NCBI RefSeq assembly: GCF_006345805.1
Contig: NW_021833693.1
Span: 1-56,476, forward strand
Direction of reading: 5' to 3'
Source: Octopus sinensis
Lineage: Eukaryota
Length of the DNA stretch: 56,476 bases
Numbering within the stretch: position 1 is the first letter of the stretch; each line of letters opens with the position of its first letter. Made by a program: the position numbers and the translations under genes. The notes under the pieces are model-generated. The model searched no databases and was not told the DNA's origin. It worked only from the letters and a program-made list of their open reading frames with translations. Positions 47,052-56,476 of this stretch are shown here, piece by piece.

Positions 47052-47496
47052 ATATTATATATATATATATGTATGTATGTATATATATATATATACGTGT
47101 GTGCGTGTATTTATTGACGAATTAAATATATGATCAGATGTATTTATACGAATATATATATGATGATATGTATGTATGTATGTAGGTAGGTAGGAATGTA
47201 TGCTATGCATGTATGTATATATGTATGTATGTGTGTGTGCATGTGTATGCGTGTGTGTGTGTGTGTGTGTTTGTGTGTCTACACACCTACACCTTCGGTG
47301 TACAGGAAAAGAACTGAAAACGACGAGCGAAATGAGATAGAGATGATAACTTCGATGGACGCGTTGTTCAGTTTAGTAAGTTTGAAATGTTTTTCACAGG
47401 CAAGGACCATGCAAAACCTCACCACTTTGTACGACCTGCACCAGCAAATAAATAAAAGACTACACATGCACGCCCGCCCGCCCGTATATATATACA

Positions 47497-47896
47497 TCTC
47501 TATATATATAAAGCTGAAGTTGTCTGTGTATGGCAGGTTTGGTAGCCTTCAACTAACACTGTCTCCTCCGAGACCCTGCAGCGCAAGTTGACCAAAATTG
47601 AGAGTATGATAGAAGAAGGCTTGCTCTTCGTTTTGTAGAAGAAAAAAATCAAATCGGACCATGTTAATACCAAAAATTATTTACATCAAAAAGGTGTTTT
47701 TTTTCTATGAAAATCCCTATTTTTTTACGATTTTTTTACTGCTGTGTCGCCATTGTTTGGTGTATTTCAACCAAAAAAAATGTTCACTTAAAGAGAATAA
47801 CAAGCTATATAATGTAAAATTTTTACTTTTCAAAAATTCCAATTCTAAAGGGTCGAAAAGAAAACAAGCCCGAGCAAGGCTTGGCTATACTGCTAG
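47497..47896 (+). mobile_element. Non-autonomous Helitron/Helentron-like element
   Basis: Starts TCTCTATATATATAAAG after an A; ends with a GC-rich hairpin (AGCC..GGCT) and then CTAG followed by T. Confidence 0.6.
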
Positions 47897-48344
47897 TATA
47901 TATATATATATATATACGTACGCGCGCGCTTGTGTGTATCTCCTGAGCAATACGTTTGTGTGTGTGTTTTAATATGCAAGGGCGCCCGTATGCGTCGTTT
48001 AGTAAAAGAGAAAGCTGATGTGAGGTTTGAAGAGTAGAGCATGGAAAGAAGAAATAGTTAAATTCTGGCACGGTCATGCTTTACCATAGAGTGTGGGAAG
48101 ACGTGTGTTAATTAATTGACATTAATCTATTCCAGACGGAAATCTAGAGGGGAAACGTTGTCATTGAAACCGGAAATGAACATTGAGTCGTGCGTCGATT
48201 CGGCAGAACAGCACACGCGCCATGTCGCTTAGCACAACAAGCAACGCCTATGAGACAACAATTAAGGCATTCTATGAGGCCTCTCTATAGGCTAGAAATA
48301 GTAGTCAAATCTCACTTATGTCACATTCTATCACAGAGAAATTA

Positions 48345-48760
48345 AAGGCGGCGAGCTAGCAGAATCGTTAGCATGCCGGACAAAATGCTGAGCAGAATTT
48401 CGTCGGTCTTTACGTTCTAACTTCAAATTCCAGCGAGATCGACTTTGCCTTTCATCCTTAGCAGCTGAGCTGTGGGGTCGATGTAATCGACTTATCCGCG
48501 CCGACCGAAGCTGCTGGCCTTGTACCAAAATTTGAAACTGTTATAAAGGAATTAAAAAGGCTGTCAGCTGGCAGAACTGTTAGAGTATCGGACAAAATGC
48601 TTAGGGATATTTCTTCCTGCTCTTTACGTTCTAAGTTCGAATCCCACTAAAGTGAGCTTTGTCTCTCATCTCTTTGATCTCGATCAACTAAATTACCATT
48701 CAAGTACCATGGTTAACGTTATTGGCTTGTCTCCTGATCTTAAAATTGCTGGTTTTGAAT
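48345..48760 (+). mobile_element. Two tandem SINE family B copies
   Basis: AAGGCGGCGAGCTAGCAGAATCGTTAGC at 48345 and CAGCTGGCAGAACTGTTAG..CGGACAAAATGCTTAG at about 48565. Confidence 0.75.
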
Positions 48761-49004
48761 CTTGCAACAAACTGGTGCCACTTTCAGAAGGAATGTAACC
48801 TTGGTCACGTGTTCTCCATGGAAAAGGGAAAATCTGGCTTGGTGAGGCCTGGAGTTCAAGAGAAATACAGAAAGAGAAAATTTCAAGAAATGACACTCTG
48901 CATACTAGAAATAACAACCAAATCTCACTCGTATCACATTCTAGCTGAGTAATATTCAGGAATTATACTAAATCACAACAAAGAGAAATGGACGGAATCA
49001 ATTT

Positions 49005-49265
49005 AAAGGTGAAAATATGGTTGTGTGGTAAAGAAGCATGCTTCGAAACCATGTGGTTCCAAGTTCAGTTCCACTGCGCGGCACGTTGGCCAGATGTCTT
49101 CTACTCTAGCACTCGGTCCTTACAATGGCCTTACAACGACTTGCGCGTAAATTTGGTGAACCCTCGTGTATATGTGTGTGTGCGTATCTGTGTGTGTGTA
49201 TCGGGGGGGGGGGCGCCTTTGTATTCGTGTTTGTTTCCGACCAGCGCATGATAACCGGTGTAGGT
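49005..49265 (+). mobile_element. SINE family A (diverged)
   Basis: GGTTGTGTGGTAAAGAAG..CCATGTGGTTCC..AGTTCCACTGCGCGGCAC..ATAACCGGTGTAGG. Confidence 0.6.
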
Positions 49266-49490
49266 TTCTACTGAGGCTAATTGTTTTCCATAGCAGTGCT
49301 CTAGTATGGCCAGAGTCGAAAAATTTAGTCACTGAAACCGGAAATGAAAACTGGGTCGCAACGTGGATTTGCTGTAACTGCGCACGCGCCAAGTCGCTCA
49401 TCATAATAAGCAACACCAACGAAGCACTCACGCACGCACACACACGGACACACATACACATAGACACACATACACACACGCACACACATA

Positions 49491-49531
<41 letters not shown>

Positions 49532-49867
49532 ATACAGGGGCAAAATACAAACATAAAACGGCAACGCTTCCATTAACAGCGATAATGAGCATGTCCAGCC
49601 AACAGTTCCCAAGTCCACCTGGTATTTCTATCGCAAGTGTAGCCTTTTGGTGATGTTTATCATTAGATAACCGTGTTCTGTGTGAATAACGGGAAGTAAT
49701 GCATGTATACGTGTATATACATGTGTATGCGTGTGTATATGTGTGTGTGACAGTCAGTTTATGCTTGGGTAGGATTAGTGTGTGGAGAAGTGTGTGAGAA
49801 GTGCGGACACACATGTGTGAGTGTGTGCTTGTATATATATATATGTACACATTTCCTCCACTCTCTT

Positions 49868-49905
<38 letters not shown>

Positions 49906-50039
49906 ATTAATATATAATTCTTATCACTTGAAAGATTGCTGAAAACTTGTGGATACCTAAGGTTACAGGTAGTAACCTGCTATTCACATAATTTCGACCA
50001 AGAATAAACCCAAATCTGAGCCAATTTAAAGCAATAATA

Positions 50040-50076
<37 letters not shown>

Positions 50077-51478
50077 CACACACATACATACACATACACA
50101 TGTATATATATATATATACATATATAGATCTATATACACACACACATATGTATATATATGTATATATATACATATACATACATATACATACACACATATA
50201 TATATGTACAAACGGGCACATACATATCTGTGTATGTGAGTATGTGAGTCTGTCTGTGTGTCTGTGTGGAAATATAGAAAGATATTCGTTACTATATAGG
50301 TGAACGAACTCTACTAAACCGACTACTAACACTACCAATGCCCCATAAGCTGCAACAGCTGCTACTTCTTCGCCTTCTGCTGCTGTTGCTGCTGCTAATA
50401 CTACTACCATTACTACTACTGCTGCTGCTACTACTACTGGTAGTGACGATCGCGTCATTATCGAAGACAAAGGAGCTTGATTTCTGAAAACAAATTGGGA
50501 GCCGAAAACACGGCGATATAAGGGTGTAGTGGATTTAATTAACCTTTCTAATGGAGGCACAAGCTCCCCACCGCTCTCACCAAACATAAATAAATAAAAG
50601 GTAAGTGTGACCTTTGCAGACTGGGAACGAATCCCGAACGGAGTGTTGTTGTGAATGTTCCGAATAGGGTCTTCATAGGACGTATGATATGGGTTGGAAA
50701 CCGGAACTTCTGAGGGAGAACGAGGGTCAATCTAAACGACTTGAGTAGACAACTGGTATAATACTGCATGCTCTGCAGAACGATGAAAGCCAAAATCGTA
50801 TTCTGTCGGTCTAAAAACAGAAAGTTTAGGGACCTAACTAAATAACTACATTACTAAAAGACGCTTTTACAGCTTTGCCAATCCAGAGCCCTTTCTGCAG
50901 ATACGACGACGCCGCCGCACCACAACCACCGCCGTCGCCGCCGATGATGAGGATGATTTTGATGGTACCAGAAAAGATATTTACAGAGGTCGGGGTAGAG
51001 TTAAACAGATAGAAATAATAAAAACAAAACTAAAAGCAATAAATAAATCCTATAGAATTACTGTTAAACGACATTCTCGGTAGCAACAAGACAACTGCAA
51101 CGACAAATGGAACAACAACGATGACAACAACAATAACAACAACAACAACAACAACACAACAACAACAACTGCAGTAACAACGTGAAAAACAAGGAGAGCG
51201 ATTGAAAGCAGAGTTACAAATAGAATCACAGCAACAGTCGCGAGCGTGTTTAACGAGGTTGGCACCTGGAATAATAGCCCACCCGGAAATAAGATTAAGA
51301 GTGAACATCAGAGTAGGAGAGAGAGAGAGAGAGAGGGGGGAAGCTTTATTGGAGTGTGGAATAGGAGGAGCAGGAAGAGCAATGAGCGTACTGGAGGAAA
51401 TAGTTAATGAGTGGGAGTGTATATGGAATTTTGAATGAGTGTCTCTTTCTCTGTCACCTTCTCTCTCGCTCCTTGACT

Positions 51479-51748
<270 letters not shown>

Positions 51749-51749
51749 T

Positions 51750-51957
51750 TGTTGTAATCCTTAATGGCCGATTGTTATAACGCCCACTCTGGTATAGCAG
51801 TATAATTAGTAAGGCAAGTAAAACCGCGACTATCTATGATCGTCTACTTCGTACACTCTTTGTTTAAACTGACCGACGCCACCTTATTTATAGCGACTAG
51901 CACATACCACTCGTCGCGTAGGAGCAGCGTACCATTATTACTATTATCCCCACAACA
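51750..51957 (-). mobile_element. Gypsy 3' LTR (208 bp)
   Basis: TGTTGT...ACAACA termini; polypurine tract AAAAGGGGAGA (plus strand 51958-51968) directly upstream on the minus strand. Confidence 0.8.
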
Positions 51958-52610
51958 TCTCCCCTTTTAAGGTTTTCTTTTTTTTTCTTAGGGAGTGTCA
52001 TTTTATTGCTTTTAATAGGAATACTTTTTATATCACCCACCTCCCATTTTTTTAGTTTTTTATGAGTTACAAATCAAATATTTTTCCCGCTTGGCATCCA
52101 CTTCCAGGAACTTCGTACATTTTCTTTTTCTTACGCTTGTGAGCCTGTGGTATTGGTACTTGAAAAATATGTAACCATTCCATTCGTTTTTCCATTCTCT
52201 TGGGTTCGCCTTCAACGAATCTTTTTATCAGTTCATGTGTCACTTGTATATGCCTTTTCTACTTTTTACCAATTTTAGCATTTTCCTTGTGTGTTTGGTA
52301 ATCACGCCATCTTCCCAACTATGTTTTCCGTTCTTATATGCCCTCACAAATACCTTTTCATCAATTTTGAAAAGTCTTGCTGTATTTTCCCTTGCAATTT
52401 CCCTTTTCTTGTCTGGTAGTAATTGTTGAAGACTGATTTTATTTTCCTCACAAACATTAGCTCCACTGGTGACATACCTGCTGGTGTATTTGGATTTGGT
52501 GTCACACGGTATGCTCTTAAGAATGGTTGTAGAGCTACCTCGGCCGTGACTTCCTTATTCAACAAAAGTGAAATTCAGAGTTTTGAATTTAGTTTGATTG
52601 ACATTTAAAC
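51958..52610 (-). pseudogene. Gypsy integrase C-terminal relic
   Basis: ALQPFLRAYRVTPNPNTPAGMSPVELMFVRKIK; same strand as, and adjacent to, the PPT and LTR. Confidence 0.78.
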
Positions 52611-53383
52611 CAATCACCTCATTAACACTGCAGTGAACGCCTAAAAGTGGTTTCATGGAGAAACAAACATTTAGTTTAGTTCAAATATGTTTGGGACATA
52701 CTGGAGCTGTACAAATGCCGTATTTACTGCTAATTTGCCATGAAGAACCTTTCTCGCTTTAGACAATGGGTTTCGAAAGAGACCAACAGTCATTTCAAGG
52801 TACCTCCTCTCGGCAGAACGGTGAATACATTTCTAGTTTCTTGACCATCATCAATACCATGTACCACAAGAGAGAGAGAAACCTTGAAATGACTTCAGAA
52901 GCATTTGTTACCTCATAGTAAATTAGCATGAAAACATAAGCTGATCTTCTCAGCATCGGTTAAAACAAAATATTGCAGTGGATGCACGAAAGTGGCACTG
53001 GAAATAAAACTAAGATTCAAATTGTGTTTGAAAATAAGTCAGTGTTATTATGTGACATACATACTCATACTGTGTACATAATGAGATAAGAGCCAAAGGC
53101 TTTGATATCATTGTCACGGAGTAGCAGACTACGATGTTTTTACTGATATATATCTCAATCCCAGTGGACCAAAATATATCTCTTTTAAAAAATCTGGGAG
53201 AATTATCTAAGAACAGGAACTTAAAGAGATACATTGAGAAAAGAGAGAGATTGAAAAAAAGAAATCCCCATGATAATATAGATACTCAGTAATTGATAAT
53301 GATATACGCCAACAAAAATTATAAAAACCACAACTCTTATATTCATAGAACACACACGCACTCACACACATACATGCACATAT

Positions 53384-53440
<57 letters not shown>

Positions 53441-53475
53441 CATACATACATATTTATATATGTATGCATGTATGC

Positions 53476-53559
<84 letters not shown>

Positions 53560-53884
53560 CACTATATATATAGAGATAGATACATATATACGTACATAAA
53601 TACTGTACCTGCTTACATACATATATACATGTGTGAATGTGTGTGTGTGTGTGTGTGTACAAGCATATACTAAATAAACATATATATAAAAAACATTTGT
53701 AGATAACAGATAAATTTCCAAGCTAGAATTTTAACGAGAATTTATATTTGTGAAAACACGAAGGAATTAAAGCGATTGGCGCTAATCTTACATAAATCTG
53801 TACATTTATGATATATCTCAATTTTGACAATAATAGTTATGATGAAACAGAACTCATTTTCGTTGTAAATTTTTTATTTTAATC

Positions 53885-54040
53885 TTTTCCATGTTTCTGT
53901 CACTGGAGCGTAGTCATGCTTTTTAAAGCATGGTGCTCATCCTCTAAGCCTCTTAGGCCGAACTGCTAAGTTACAGGGATATAAACAAACCAACACCGGT
54001 TGTGAAACTGTGGTGTGGGACAAACACAAATACAAAAACG
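53885..54040 (-). mobile_element. SINE family A 3' half (diverged)
   Basis: GCCGAACTGCTAAGTTAC.GGGA..TAAACAAACCAACACCGGTTGT. Confidence 0.55.
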
Positions 54041-54059
54041 CACACGACTTGTGACCGCT

Positions 54060-54740
54060 ACATCGCATCCCAGTTCGAAGTTTAGGCATTTGCAATCCAA
54101 GAACAAGAAATTGCGACTAAATACCTAAACAACATGAGACTATGATACCATCAGAGTTCAAAAATGCAACCGGAAATCGAGATTATATCATATTTCGGTG
54201 GAAGAGATCACACATGTTATTGGCAGCTGCCTAAACATGTCATCAAGGTACCACCTCCCAATGCGATACGACATTGTCGTAAAAACAATATACAATGCTA
54301 TTCGGAAAAAAGACTCCTGGAATAAATACTGAGAATCTTCCAGTTATTGAATATACGCACAAACAACAGCACAAGGAATCCTGGTGGAACATTCCCATCA
54401 AAACATCAGTCAAGTGTAAGTATAACAGGCCGGATATTGTTGTTTGGGAGAGACAAGAAGAAGTATCTACCATCAGAGAGGTCAGCTGTCTTGCTGATGG
54501 GAATATCTCTTTGAAAATCAAAGAGAAAGAGGATAGCCATGAAGAACTGCGTCGAAACCTCCAGCTTCTATATCCCGATTACAAATATACATTTATACCA
54601 ATAATAATGATGGAGCACTCTGGATGAGCTTGGATTTTCATAAAAAGAAATCAACTAACTAATTCGCTCATTATCAGTCTCTAAGCGGAACGGTAAAGCT
54701 ATTCAAGACTTTTTCCAGGTATAAAATGTGACATTGTTTT
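54060..54740 (+). mobile_element. Decayed REL-type LINE C-terminal fragment (distinct family)
   Basis: AIQEQEIATKYL; ITHVIGSC..RY.LPMRYDIV; WWNIPIKT..KYNRPDIVVW; IPIIM-GAL. Confidence 0.75.
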
Positions 54741-54798
54741 CGTTATCTACATTTCAGCTTCGTCTTTAGAGGAAGAATTTAAATGATTAAAAAAAGAG

Positions 54799-54837
<39 letters not shown>

Positions 54838-54883
54838 TGTGTATATATATGTATGTAAGTATATGTAAATATAAATGTACATT

Positions 54884-54964
<81 letters not shown>

Positions 54965-54992
54965 CATCCATATATATATACATGGGGGGGGG

Positions 54993-55149
54993 GGCTTTTT
55001 TCAGTTTCTGTCGACCAAATCAATTCAAGAGTTGGTTGATTCGTCTCTACAGTGGAAGGCACTTTCTGGGGGTATCACGCAGTGAGACTGAGCCCGGAAC
55101 CATGTGGGTGAGAATCAAACTTCTTACCACACAATCACGCCTGCGCTTG
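54993..55149 (-). mobile_element. SINE family A head
   Basis: TTTCAGTTTCTGTC.ACCAAAT..CCCGGAACCATGTGG..CTTCTTACCACACA..CCTGCGC. Confidence 0.65.
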
Positions 55150-55267
55150 AATGAAATATTTCTAATTTTCTAATGTTGTAACACACTGGATAGTTTTGAA
55201 GTAACATTGAAGATTTCTTCTCCATATCCTAAGTCTACTTTTGCTGGCGCCATAGGAAGCAGTACCG

Positions 55268-55353
55268 TCGAGTCATACGTCGTGTCATACGCCGTGTCAT
55301 ACGCCGGCCCATACACCGGGCCATACGCCGGATCGTACGCTGAGTCATACGCC
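55268..55353 (-). repeat. 12-bp minisatellite (about 7 units, consensus GCGTATGACNCG)
   Basis: Plus strand CATAC.CCG repeats every 12 bp; the minus frame reads AYDS AYDP AYGP VYGP AYDT AYDT TYDS. Confidence 0.8.
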
Positions 55354-55945
55354 ATGTGTTGGGAATCCTTGTCCGGTGCTGAATCGATCCCAAAATCTAC
55401 TCATTTCGTGCCAGATACGAGACCAAACATACCTGAAAGTTTCATCTGAATCCACAGAGCGGTCCTTGAGATATCTTATCCACAGACAAACAAACCAACA
55501 ACAAACAAACACGACTGAAAAACAATACCTGCGCCTTCGCTAAGGCAGAGGTAATAATATTTGTTCCCAACACATGCATAAGACATTAACAGTTTTAGAT
55601 AAGCACGCTGCTGCAGAAACTTTTTCGTGGAGAACATCACTTTGTGTCGTGTAAGACGTTTTACACATCTCGTTTGTTCGTTCGTTCGCTCGTTCATTCA
55701 TTCGTTCGTTCCTTTCGTTCTTTTCTTATATCTATGTCTCGATCACTCTCTACTTCCCCTCTTTCTCTCTCACTAATCTTCATTTTTGTTATCCTTCACC
55801 ATCAACTGGCACCACATGTCATTCCAATGAACACTTACCACAGAAGGGTTAAGGCTCTTCCATTCCTCATCAGGTTTATTCCAACGTTTCAACCAGTTCC
55901 TCATTGGGCTTATTTTAGCCATGTGGATCCTCCCTGCTTTCTTTA

Positions 55946-56359
55946 TTACTCTTTACTCTTTTACTCTTTTACTTGTTTCAGTCATTTGACTGCAGCCATG
56001 CTGGAGCACTGCCTTTAGTCGAGTAAATCAACCCCGGGACTTATTCTTTGTAAGCCCAGTACTTATTCTATCGGTCTCTTTTGCCGAACCGCTAAGTGAC
56101 GGGGACGTAAACACACCAGCATCGGTTGTCAAGCAATGCTAGGGGGACAAACACAGACACACAAACACACACATATATATATATATACATATATACGACA
56201 GGCTTCTTTCAGTTTCCGTCTACCAAATCCACTCACAAGGCATTGGTCGGCCCGGGGCTATAGCAGAAGACACTTGCCCAAGATGCCACACAGTGGGACT
56301 GAACCCGGGACCATGTGGCTGGTTAGCAAGCTACTTACCACACAGCCACTCCTGCGCCT
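55946..56359 (-). mobile_element. Full-length tRNA-derived SINE, family A (Octopus-type)
   Basis: Minus strand head AGGCGCAGGAGTGGCTGTGTGGTAAG with B-box-like GGTTCAGTCCC; internal TA/TG tract; 3' CCAGCATGGCTGCAGTCAAATGACTGAAACAAG; (AGTAAAAG)n tail. Confidence 0.9.
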
Positions 56360-56476
56360 ATGTTCTGCTTTTTCACTTTGTGTGTGTGTGTGTGTGCGTG
56401 CTTATGCCCGTATTTGAATTGAGAATGAAGGCGACTAGAACGAAGATGAGACTTATAGCATGGATTTTTCTCTGTC

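Overview
This is a repeat-saturated, AT-rich eukaryotic window. The SINE families and microsatellite load strongly resemble an Octopus genome (inference from recall, not from a search). I can support no host protein-coding gene; almost all listed ORFs are microsatellite artefacts or transposon relics. The main structure is a near-full-length Tx1/L1-clade non-LTR retrotransposon (9700-14981). It has an 18-bp target-site duplication and sits inside a 481-bp repeat that carries a type I hammerhead ribozyme (HHR). An uninterrupted copy of the target lies about 500 bp upstream and serves as an internal empty-site control. Reading both strands by eye gives 10 complete type I HHR motifs from about 6 unrelated repeat families. 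Four loci share one geometry: inverted arms joined 5'-to-5', with 3' ends facing outward, mostly into (TA)n tracts, as expected for Penelope-like pLTR or retrozyme insertions. Three families share an unusual U.U pair at the base of stem II. Other content includes R4/Dong-like REL LINE 3' ends in (TAA)n tracts, CR1, RTE, Penelope GIY-YIG, mariner, Tc1, Gypsy and Helitron-like relics, and many tRNA-derived SINEs. All calls were made by eye; ribozyme activity and target specificity are untested.
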